20,000 nt of DNA from Psammoneis japonica. Taxonomy: Eukaryota. Below are positions 1 through 10,227 of the stretch, piece by piece; position 1 is the stretch's first letter, and each line of letters opens with the position of its first letter. The translations under genes and the position numbers were made by a program. The notes under the pieces are model-generated. The model saw nothing but the letters and a program-made list of their open reading frames with translations, did not search any database and was not told the origin of the DNA. Location: assembly GCA_008632985.1 (NCBI GenBank), contig QPGO01000100.1:288037-308036 (forward strand). The letters are read 5' to 3'.

Positions 1-195
1 ATGGAGGGGTACGGGACGGATGCGTACCTGTACTTGCCGCGACTTGGAGATGCGTGTGAGAATTTACCAAAGCGTGTTACGGTTTCGCCGGGAGAGGGAA
101 TTTCCAATCCGTCCTTTCTCAACAAGAAGAAAAAGAAGGAGAGTGTGAGGAGCTTTAGCACCAGCAGTGCGACCCAACAACCACAAGGATTGTAG
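1..195 (+). CDS. PDK: 3' end of a mitochondrial pyruvate dehydrogenase kinase (PDK/BCKDK family); gene starts upstream of the window
   Basis: MEGYGTDAYLYLPRLGDACENLP matches the conserved C-terminal motif of PDK-family kinases (SMEGYGTDAxxxLxRL...ExLP); TAG stop at 193-195. Confidence 0.85.
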   Translation: MEGYGTDAYLYLPRLGDACENLPKRVTVSPGEGISNPSFLNKKKKKESVRSFSTSSATQQPQGL

Positions 196-1272
196 GGATT
201 TCTTTTTTGAATTGTGTGATTTGTATTCGTATTTTAGACAAAATGGTTGGTTATACATCCTTTGGTTTTGATTGTTTTGTCGTTGTTCAAGTTTGCGGCA
301 AGTGGTTATTATTACTTTATTTTTGTACTGCAAGCTCGCATGTCTTGTTCCTACAATAGCGGCTGTTATCGATTCTCATTTCCAAGAGAAGTGGAAAAGT
401 CCAAATCATTCTTGCGTGTGTTGAAATAGAGCAGAACTAGTCTCTATAGAGAGAATCAGAGATAATAGAGAATCTCTATAGTTAGTTAGTAGCTTGATCT
501 CGAGAGAGTAGTTAGTTCGTTCGTCGGTTGACTCGTCATTTCACGATTTCAACACGATGTTGCCACATTGATGTAGTGGCGTCAATCTAAATCCATATAC
601 ACCACGAGATTTGGCCAAGGCAGCTATACATTGTGAACTCTAGGTTGGCGTTGATTTTTAAACTCGGTTTTGCTTTGATATCATCTCTAGCTCAATGTTT
701 TAGAGTTTTTCCCTATAGTTTTGTACAACTTGGACGAGACCTGCATGAAATGGGGCGTCGTGTGTCATGATGGGACCCATCATCTTGATCTATCTAGAGT
801 GTACTGTACCACGAAGCGAAAGAAGCGCGGCGGTTACGATGGGCAATTAAAAAAATGTCAATAATTGAAGTAAATAAACACGTGGAATGTGGTCTCTGAC
901 CTTATTGCGTGGCTGAAGAAAACACGAGCTAAATCGCTGTCACTTCCAAATCTCCCTCCGACCTCATCACAACATCAGCTGAAAACAAACACCAAAACCC
1001 GCCGTCGTTCTACAGTCCCGGTTCATTTCAGGAGAATCATACCCCATATCCAGCCCAACATTGAATGTTGTAAAAGGTGACAACACCATCTTCCCCTCTC
1101 TCGGGCGGCACGATCGATGCGGGGGAGTTGTGTTTTTGGTGCGTTTCACGCAGAAATCTACGTGTCTGGTGCTTGACGTTGATGCTTCCTCTCGATGGAT
1201 GCCTCAGTTTCTGCTCTCGATTCTCTCACAATCTTTTCTTTGACCAGGAAGTAACACAGTCAAGACATCGCC

Positions 1273-2720
1273 ATGATTGCCTTCATGAAGAACCTTGTTG
1301 TCATCTCCCTTGGCATTGCTGCCGGTGCCGCGAGTGCTGGTCCCTTTGCCCGCCCGCTTTCGGCCGTCTTTGACTCGACGGTGCAAGGTGTGTTGATTGC
1401 TGTGAAAGCAAGTCAAGACATGCTTCACATTGCTTTGGCCATGACCACAATTTTTGCGCCGATCGAAAGCCATGATGACTCCTTCATCCGCCTCCCAAAA
1501 CATCCTCCGCAACACCACACCTGCGAGCATGCCCGTTGAAGCTCAAATCAGGTCGAGCATCTATTGTGTGTCTTTTGACCACAAGGACTGCGACTCCACC
1601 CTTCTTCACAACATCATTCGAAACTGCACACCTGTGGACGACGTGCCAGTTGAAGCTCTAAAAGCCTCGAGCTCTGTCTGCCAGTCTTCCTTCGACTTGT
1701 CCTTGGAGCACGAAATCGATTTGTCTGGCCGTTTCCAAGAAATCTTTCAAGAGCACGTGCCCACCGCAATGATGCCCATCCTGACATTTTCCGACACTTG
1801 CAAGATTTTGTCAAACTGTGCCATTGAGACCACGTTGAAGTTGCACACGACACTCCATGAATTCTCTTTGAAGACCACCAAGACTGTTCGTGAAACCGCT
1901 TCGAGCTTGCACAAGATCATCCATGACTCCTTGAAGACCTTTGTCACAAAGATGCAAATTCAGGCTTGCATTTGGAAAGAACACATGATGACGCAGCTTC
2001 AGACACCAAGATTGTCATTGGAATGTTGGTGGACGACAATTTTCAAGAATCAACAAATGGCTTTGTCACGCTTGTTCAAACTCAGGCTTGTGCTCTGCAT
2101 GAAAAATACGAGACGATGCTGTTTCAGACACCAAAATTGTTCTGCATCCAGAACATTGGTGGACAAGAGTTCAAAACTTGTGGAAGAGCTTTTAGTCTGG
2201 GTGCGAGTGTGGGCGAGCGAGATGTCAAGAGTTGGGGACATTCCTTGTGTCCCGATCCGAATCATGCGGTGAATTGGGTTGGTTGTCAGACACAGGGTTT
2301 GGAGTTCCAAGTCGCCAGTTGTCAGATGATGCAGCAGGTGTCCTGTGCAGACACAAATGAAAATTTATCCATCTCTGTCATAATTCACATGCTGGGTTGG
2401 TGTCCATTGCTCCATCAAAAAGGTTGTGCCGCAAACCGTGTCTCCCAAGAACGACTTCCGCGCGCGACTGCCTGATGATGATCCAAGCTGCCTTTGCCAG
2501 TGCAGCTTCAGACAGACCCACAGCACTTGCGTGGCACAGAACCTGTCGGCATCACACTCGCACAAGAGGAAACCGCAGAGAGGGAAGGCTCTGGCGCATG
2601 CCAAGATGACTTTGATTGTTGCAAAGAACACGAACAACATGCACCGTGCCAGTCGGCAAGACTCACAAGTGTTTTCGGCTTGCCCAGACGCATGTAACGC
2701 ACAGTTTGAGACCTTCTAAT
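1273..2720 (+). pseudogene. Degenerate gene of unknown family with a hydrophobic N-terminus and internal repeats, split over several frames
   Basis: Successive overlapping + ORFs (1273-1539, 1454-2272, 1966-2475, 2426-2719); signal-like start MIAFMKNLVVISLGIAAGAASA; internal ~122-bp repeat (1939 vs 2061); almost no Tyr. No family recognised and boundaries are approximate. Confidence 0.35.
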
Positions 2721-2779
2721 GTCGCAGACGCATGCTGTGAATGTGAACTCTGTTGATGCAGTGGATTGAGCTGTGGTCA

Positions 2780-3433
2780 TCGTGCCAAATTTGGTCACCA
2801 TGAATTTCTTGCGGGGACTGCGACAGGCGTTTTCAACGGGGGTTCAGCAATTGAGAAGCTGTGTCGTGTGTGTCAGCCTCAAGCGCTTGCACTCTTTGGA
2901 TCCAAAAATGTTGCAGCAGCTCACAGACTTTAAGCCTGAGAGCATCATGCCCAAATCTCTGGCCAGCTGATCAACTGGAGGATCAGATTTGAGGCCCTCA
3001 GTGTCAGCCTGCTGGGACACAACTGGCTCTTTGCACTGATGAATCTTGGTCCTTGCCGAAGAGAGATTGCTGTTGCTTGAGAGTTGATCTGCTGAATCGA
3101 TTTCATGCGCACAGTGAATGCGAAGCCATTGAGCCACAACGTGAGGTCTGGCTGAGACACTTCTTTGCCCGTGGGCCTTGCGATGGAGCAGCTGATGCAA
3201 TTGCCGAGAGCAGGTCGCTTTGCAAGAGTGTCGGTTTGGCAAAGGCCATTGCAGACATGTGGAATCGGATTTGGTCCAATGCAACCCCATGGAGTGGCAA
3301 GAGTTACGTCAAGGAGAACATCACGACTCTCCTCGGCATAAAAGTCACCCACCGTGACTGCAAATGAGCCATCATCCCTCTTGACGGCACTTTCATGATG
3401 GACTTTGGTGATTTTGTCACCAAGATTTGCCAC
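2780..3433 (-). pseudogene. 5'-truncated, frameshifted fragment of a VWA-domain protein (post-VWA region and Vwaint-like C-terminus)
   Basis: VTVGDFYAEESRDVLLDVTL resembles the GDLYAEExRD motif that follows VWA domains. In other frames: HVVAQWLRI...ARTKI...DQLARDLGMMLSGLKSVSCCNIFGSKECKRLRLTHTTQ and NACRSPRKKFMVTKF, resembling the helical tail ending in HxxQR. No MIDAS motif seen upstream. Confidence 0.7.
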
Positions 3434-3949
3434 CTCTTGGTTTTGGTCACGTGACGGGCCTGTAGAAAACCCAACGAGTTTGATGACTTTCTTGTCACGT
3501 GCTTTGGAGCACTCTCAAGTCGCTTCTTCTTGCTGATTGACAGAGAAGGGATGACCACGTGTGTTCGACTGTCGCGACTGAGCAGGAAAGTGTGAACATG
3601 GCGAGGTCACGTGCATTCTGCAGCAAAAGTGAACTTGATGAGTTGGCAATGGGAACCTCTTCATTGTTGCTTCACTTCTTGGTGCGCCAACTGTCAAGTG
3701 TGCATGAAATGTCGTGTGCTCGCACTCAAAAGAACGCGACCATGACGTCAAGCTCATTGCTCTTACAAAACTGCTTTCCACCCGGCCTCGGTCTAAAATC
3801 AATGTGCCATCAGTGCCCACATGGACATCATTCCAGAAAAGCACGGGGTGTCAGTCTGGCTGGGCAAAAGAGTCCAAAGGACATCACAAACCCACTGTCC
3901 ATCAAGTTTTTGTCTGGCTTCGGAGTCCAGTGGCTAGACTCTTGTTCCA

Positions 3950-4819
3950 GTTCTAAAGCTTTCAATTCATGCAACGGCGGCACATTCTCCATCACTCCCG
4001 GGTTCCAGTTTCTCCCAGATCACCCCCATCATTGGCTTTTTAGGTGGTGGCTCAATTTGCATCTGCTGAGTTGGCGTTGCAATGTAGTCAGAGAGGGTGT
4101 CGCAAGGGCTTGGACAAAGTTCCTGATCGGAAACAACCTGGCAGTCATGAACCAAAGATGCAACTGGCATGCCCAAGTCGATGACTCCAATCTGGTGGAG
4201 CACAGCCCATTCCAGGTCAAAGCATCCATGTCCCTTGCCAAAACGCAGCCCATCTCGGTTGACGACTGAGGCTCCTGCAACTGCCAAATCTAATTTGCTG
4301 TGCCTCTGACGAATGTCCGACAACGAAACGCATTGCCGACATCTTTGCAGTTGTCCAGCAAAACAGTTGCACTGGCGGTGCCGGCAGTCTCTCCATCTGA
4401 TGGCCTGATTTTCAAAATTACCTTCTGCATCCCACCTGTTGGCATGACAACCACCTTGCCGTCTTGTCCTTCTGCGCATCCCAGCAGCTTCTCGAGACAG
4501 TTGTCAGGTGTGATGAAGATGGTTTTTGCTTCTGAACATGCTTTCATTTGTCACAATCTTTTCGTTGCAAGTTCGCTGCCTTCAAAGTCTGGAATGAAAT
4601 GGTTGAAGTCACAGCCATGACACTTGTGAGGTTTCGCCACTCGCTCCATTCTCGTCACACCCACTTGGCGTTGCAGCCTTGCGCCAAGTTGCCACGTCAT
4701 TTTGTCCCACTGACAGCAGCTTGCAGTGGACGGGAGGTGCAGGCGCGAGGGACAGCTGGTTGTTCTTCACTGGCATTTGTCATGGATTCTCTGCTTTTGC
4801 CCATTGTGGAGGCACCCAT
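3950..4819 (-). pseudogene. 5-formyltetrahydrofolate cyclo-ligase-like (MTHFSD-type) pseudogene
   Basis: Motifs in the expected order across frames: RVAKP..DFNHFIPDFEGSELATKRL, TIFITPDNCLE, LDLAVAGASVVNRDGLRFGKGHGCFDLEW, VHDCQVV, DYIATPT, GVIWEKLEPG/VMENVPPLHELK. In-frame TGA at 4551-4553 and several frameshifts. Confidence 0.85.
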
Positions 4820-5290
4820 GGATGTTCTGTTCCGCAGAAATGTGAAAGGCAGAATCTCTGGCCTGGGGTGGCAGTCGCGTGGATTCCTTCTCCATTGACC
4901 GTCATCAAAAGCAACACCACAGAAACATTCCTGCCAAGGCAGTTGCACATTTAGGAAATGAAACGTTCTTCCCAACACCGGCAGAAGTGAAGGATTCTTT
5001 TCGAACCTCGACGGTCAATGGCGGGTCCAATCACAAAACACAAAACATCTCGCAGTGGAGTCTCTGCTCTCTGCTCGCTGCAACAAAGAGTGAGTCCATT
5101 TTCATCAGGAGCTGGATGAAGCCCATGGTACAAACTTAGAGACAACGGGTCTAACGGCACCAGCGCCATTGTCGAGAATCAATCATTAGATTTTGATGAT
5201 GCTCTCTGCAGATGTTGCAGAACGTAGGTTCCACGTAGAAGTAATGCTATAAATCTCTCCCCAGCGTTTGAATTAACAATTTCTTACCCG

Positions 5291-5347
5291 GTCTGACATC
5301 CGTCTGACATCCGTCTGACACCCGTCTGACATTTTTTTTTGTCAGAC
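5291..5347. repeat. Four GTCTGACA copies at 11-bp period plus one inverted copy
   Basis: GTCTGACA at 5291, 5302, 5313 and 5324; then a T-run; then TGTCAGAC at 5340-5347. Confidence 0.95.
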
Positions 5348-5378
5348 TACTCACAAAATACACGAAAAAAATTCGTTT

Positions 5379-5418
5379 TGAAACGCCCGTGAAACGCCAG
5401 TGAAACGCTCGTGAAACA
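5379..5418. repeat. Four TGAAAC(G) copies at 11-bp period
   Basis: TGAAAC at 5379, 5390, 5401 and 5412 (units TGAAACGCCCG / TGAAACGCCAG / TGAAACGCTCG / TGAAACA). Confidence 0.95.
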
Positions 5419-5706
5419 TTTGTGTGAGAATTCTGTATTCGCTGAGGATTGTTTTTGCGTAGGATTTCTACGGAGAGCTACGACGTACTGTACCTATCTC
5501 CCCACGTTATTTTGCACCTGCACCCGACTGCGCTGTTTTTCTGAAAAGTTCATTCATCGAACCAACGACAACAAGCACAGTTGTAGTTTCCCTAACCACT
5601 AAAATTCACAAATCATTGCATATCTGTACTCTTCAGCAACAGCAAGAAAAACAAGACAGAGCGAGGTGTGTTGCGAGAGTCAAAAGAGCGACAATAGAGG
5701 CGATTG

Positions 5707-6996
5707 ATGTTTTGCGTCCTTCTTGGCCTTGTTCCTCCCAATTTGGATGTTTGGAAAAAAGTAAAGGAGCAAATAATAACAACAACAAGTAGTGCTGCTC
5801 GTGATGGTAATGACGACCATGTGAATCTTCATCTCGAGTGGAGAGGTGAATCGCTAGCCACCGACGACGGGACCCTGACATTGCTCGTCGAGGCAGTAAG
5901 TGATGAACAAGCAACGCCGGAATCAATACGAGAACTTGTCGAAAAGGAGTTGTCAAACTATTCTCAAGCAGACGACATTTCGTGTGAAGTGTGGGCCTCG
6001 GCTCCGGCGCCCTTGCCTCTGCGCCCATTGGAAAGTGATTACATGGATCTTTTTCATATCCATACCGACATGATGGTTCGACTGAAACGACGACAAGAGA
6101 CGACAGTACCACCACTGTGGATACGGCAAGCAGAACGATGCGTCAATGGGGAATTCTCGTACAACACAATGTGTTGAATGAGACTCAAGTACAAGAGTTG
6201 CGTCTCCTCGTGGACGAGGCAGTTTTGCAAGCCGAACAATCCCTTGCCAAACACCGACCCGACATTGTCGTAGGACGAGATGTCTTTTTGTTTCAAGAAA
6301 TGGCGTCTCGGAATCTGGAGCGGTTTGATCTTCGTCTAACTGGGGATGCGTCCGACTTTGTAGAAGACCATATTCTGAACAACACGGCCGTGTCGGCCTT
6401 GCTGGAAGCAATTTTGGGAAAGGATGACGACATTGATTTTGACTTGTCCGTGGTGTATTCTCGGCCGGGAGCTTGTACTCAAGGTTGGCACGCCGATGGT
6501 AACCATCAAGTGGGTGCACTCGATGCTGGATGGACCGCCGACGGCTGGAAAACGTCGTTGGCGGATGCCTATGCCGTTTGCATGTTTATCCCCTCATTGA
6601 TTTAAACCAGCATGTCGGATTTACCCAATTTTGGCCGGCCTCTCATCAACACCGTGACTTGGTGGGTTTTGGAAAAGTAGCCGAAATCACGCAAGCCACC
6701 TTGGATGGGACATGCTGGCGGGAAGCGCAATCTGGTATGACTACCGATTGCTTCATCGTGGAATGCCCAACCAATCGACCGTTGTTCGTCCCGTCGTTCA
6801 AATTATTTTCAAAAAGAAATGGTACATTGAAAAAGCAAATTATGGAACCGAACCAATTATAGCCGCAGTACAGACAGGAATAGTAGAGTTTAGATTTCGA
6901 ATTACTCTTTTATCAACTACGTCGTTGCATCCATCCGTCCTTTATACGAGACGACAAAGGAAACGACCAATCGTCAAGATCATGGCGATACTCTAA
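5707..6996 (+). CDS. Phytanoyl-CoA dioxygenase (PhyH)-like Fe(II)/2-oxoglutarate dioxygenase; 3 apparent frameshifts (assembly errors or pseudogene)
   Basis: QGWHADG (HxD), VCMFIP/LIDL..GFTQFWPASH, GSAIWYDYRLLHRGMPN and RPV motifs occur in consecutive ORFs. Frame changes near 6065, 6592 and 6713. The true stop may lie near 6885. Confidence 0.8.
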
Positions 6997-7167
6997 AAGC
7001 AGCGGCAGCGCTAAACAAAAACAAGTATTCTAGTTTGAATTATGACTATTAATTTTTTCTTCCTACACTGCTTTTATGCTTTCTTTTTGAAGTTGCTTCT
7101 TGTTGTTGCTGTTGATATTGCCCCCCCTACGAGTTCATTCCCCTACTCCACCCCTACTACACACTAA

Positions 7168-8045
7168 CTACACAAGGGATCGCTTGACAAGTTCTTGATG
7201 GAACACACCCTTGATTTCTCGTGCCATTTCGTAAACCGCCGAACCCTTTTGGTTATACGTCAGGGCATTGTCAAAGGTCAAGTTCACGTCGGATTGAAAC
7301 TGTTCCAACGTTTCATAGCTGCTGAGCTTCTTTTCGACGGTACCAGGTCCATGGGAGTCTTGATGATTTCAAAGTAATCGGGGATTTGAAGGAATACCGG
7401 ATCGACGGGATGATTAAAGACCCATCCGTGATCATGAGTCTTGAGTGAGCGGAGGATTTCCATACACATGGATCGAAGGGCCGGGCTCATGACTGGCTTG
7501 TCGTCGTTGTTGTCGTCGTCGCTCCATGTGATTCGTGCTTTCTTGACTGTGGGAGTTACAATGGGACAACTACTGTCGGTACTGTTGCTACCATGGTCAT
7601 CATCAAATGGTAAAGGCTCAAATGCATCGTCCTGATCTCCTTGAAAGACGTCTTGATAGGTAGTAGTCGCTTTGCGTTTCTTGTCTGGAGGAATCACGAC
7701 TCCGGCAACACGGGTAGTCCTACTATTATTCTCCGTCTCTAATTTCAACCGCTTAGCTTTGGCTCGTCCAATCGCATGTCGGACGGGGCCGCAGGTCTGG
7801 CACGTGACATCACGACAATTGCGATAATGAGTCAAAATGTACCGGCTGCTCATACAATGGCGCACCGTGCACTGTCTCTTTTGGCACGACACCAAATGGT
7901 TCCAAAGCGCCTTGAGCTTGGTACAATGGACTGTGACGGGGCACGATTCGTGTTGACATTTCGACGCGTGTCTCAACAACAAGAGACGTTGTTGTTTGTA
8001 GCGGAGCTTCTTATCGGGTACTACTAGAGATGATTGTTCCGTCAT
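7168..8045 (-). CDS. TAZ zinc finger + bromodomain protein (p300/CBP-like modules, no acetyltransferase domain); one frameshift at ~7343
   Basis: [13 protein letters not shown]...CPVTVHC...LWNHLVSC...[16 protein letters not shown]....C..C is a TAZ finger. [28 protein letters not shown] starts a bromodomain, which continues after adding one G as GTVEKKL...[23 protein letters not shown]...LV* (TAG at 7168-7170). Confidence 0.9.
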
Positions 8046-8542
8046 TGTGTGGGACTGGAAGTGACGACTCCAAATGGCATGTATCGGAGTTGCGCTTATT
8101 TTGATCACGCCAAATGAAATGGTGCTCTGGAATTTTTTCGATTTGCTCGAAACTCCCTCCGACCTGCCCTCGCGTAGAAATGTACCAGAATCTTACGTAC
8201 GACCGTTAGATCGGGTTTGCACGACTGCGGACCGCGGTGAATCGCGGAAATGACGTGTTCCGCATAGCCTCGGACTTTGAAATTATCGCGGCCTACTAGC
8301 TAGAGTACAGTCTACTCTAAACCCTCAGCTATGGCGCACAAAACTCCTTACAGTAGGGCCTAGTAGGTTGACGGAAAGGTGATTTCTAGAGTTTGCCAAA
8401 CAATTAGCCTGCAAGCTACGTACTATTAGAGAGATTTAGAAGCCAGTATTCGTCAGGGAAAAATGAGTGGCTGCTCAGTCCAGGAGAGAAGCAAAGTACT
8501 CTCTGAAAGGAAAAAGGTAAACGGCAAATTATTATGCGGTAG

Positions 8543-9746
8543 TTATGATTGTCGAATAACAGACAAGAAGAATTCGCCCAAGGTTTGGTACCACTCTTCA
8601 GTCATGTGCACATTGTCGGCGTGTTCATTCACCGCCGAGGCTTCAAATGGGTCCAAAAAGGTGGATTTGTGTTGAAACTTGGGTGTTGTGGCGAGAATGT
8701 CCCCGACGGCGTGATTCCAATCTCGAGTTTCATTGAACTTTTGAGGATAATCCTCGGTAGCTGGCGCCGTGTTGCCCAAGAATATAATGTGTTCACATTG
8801 AGGTTCAACAGTTCCAAGTACCACTTGGCGTTCTTTTCAAACATGGGTTGTGTGATATTTGGTATAGCCGCATCATGGTGACCAAAGCAAACGACACAGA
8901 CTGGCTTCCCCCACTGTTCCACATTGGATTTCGTGTTGAAGGTTTTCGATAAGAAGGAGGCAACATTTTCTTGCGTTGTGTGAAACTCTGGAGACTGCAT
9001 TTCCACATCTCGAGCAAATTCTACTCCAAAGTACCCTCCATAGATGAGAGGCTTGGTACTATTGCAAGACTTTTTAGGCGCTCGTCCGTAGTCACCACAT
9101 ATTCTGTCTGACACCCGGCACATCTGTGCAGTAGGGGTTCTCTGCTCCAAAAGACGTTGGTCCTTCGGCATTTTGAAGATAGTTGGGGCGTCCACTTTTT
9201 CTTACGTCTATAGGCTACATCAAATATCTTGTTGTTGTGACAGCGGCGGGCCACCTCATGGCGAAAGCTGTACTTGTTTCCACAGGTTTTTGCGATTCGT
9301 TCCGACGCTTGCTTGAAAGATACTTTCCGACGGTCGTTCTCCGAGCCAGTCGCATAACGGTAGAGTCCCGAAAAATAACCATCTTTGCCCATCCGTTTTG
9401 ATCCAGGCTTTGATTTTTCTTTTTAAACGGGAGGCGCGACGAGAGAACCTTTCTGCATTCAAACTGGTCATCAGGTGACCACTCGCACGACATTTTAATC
9501 TCATTGCTGTCGTCAATCGTTACCTCTTTTTTGTGGTTTGACATAACTGTGCTTTTGGATCCTCATCGAATGCCAGTGAAACTATAACGCGATCCGCAAT
9601 CAGTCCAGCCAGAAACGCCAATGTCAAAATCAGCCACACCTTTTTCTTGTGCAACACCGACGGAGCGACACTCTTTTGATCAGTCGTTACCATTTTCAGT
9701 TTCAGCATAGTAAGGAGTTTCAGCAACTAGGGATAAATCTCCCCAT
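8543..9746 (-). pseudogene. Multiply frameshifted paralogue of the 10228-11532 gene (SGNH/PC-esterase-like type II membrane protein)
   Basis: Shared blocks RWLFFG/DST, VEFARDVEMQSPEF.TTQENVA, GKPVCVV..G.HD..IP.IT, KWYL, EPQCEHII and a C-terminal D..H(M) motif, distributed over at least 6 ORFs. Confidence 0.8.
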
Positions 9747-10227
9747 TGAAGAATCGTCTCCCTCAAAGGTCGGATCCGTACAGTTTCGTTTCATCGTGCA
9801 GCCTTCTTCTAGAGAGAGTCCGAGTACTAGAGTAGAGCCTTCTTCGCAGAAAAAATGAGACTGGGAGGTGCGGCGGGGTCATCGAACTGAAAATGACTGG
9901 TCACAGTCATTGAGTCTGGCAATTTTAAACTATGCAGTACGTATAAATGGATGTTATGTTTTAGTACCGAATTTCAAATTTTGATTCCTGCTGGCGTGTT
10001 TTCGAGATGTCCAATCTACATTCGTCTTGGTAGAGGATCTACATGTGTGGTTGAGGTGCGAAAGCGAACCTTTTCCTTCACAAACCACCTTAAAGTGAAA
10101 GGAAAAGGCCTCGGGTACTTTACCGAAGAGATAAGCATAGCTGTATCCATCACCTTTAAGCTCAACGTTACGATGTTTGCTAGTATTAAACGTCGTTCTC
10201 GGCTGAAATCGGCGTTGACGGAACCCC

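Noticed and set aside
1200..5170. Dense overlapping ORFs in all six frames (e.g. 3559-4269 +, 236 aa)
   Set aside because: Loss of TpA removes TAA/TAG stops, inflating spurious ORFs; most are antisense to recognisable pseudogenes and carry no motifs.
849..5338. AAAAAAATGTCA (849-860) vs TGACATTTTTTT (5327-5338), and ACGTGGAA/TTCCACGT, as TIRs of the TpA-poor block
   Set aside because: Short, homopolymer-driven matches with inconsistent spacing and no target-site duplication found.
5291..5418. Possible CRISPR array or plasmid iterons
   Set aside because: Units are 11 bp with no unique spacers, there are no cas or rep genes, and the context is eukaryotic.
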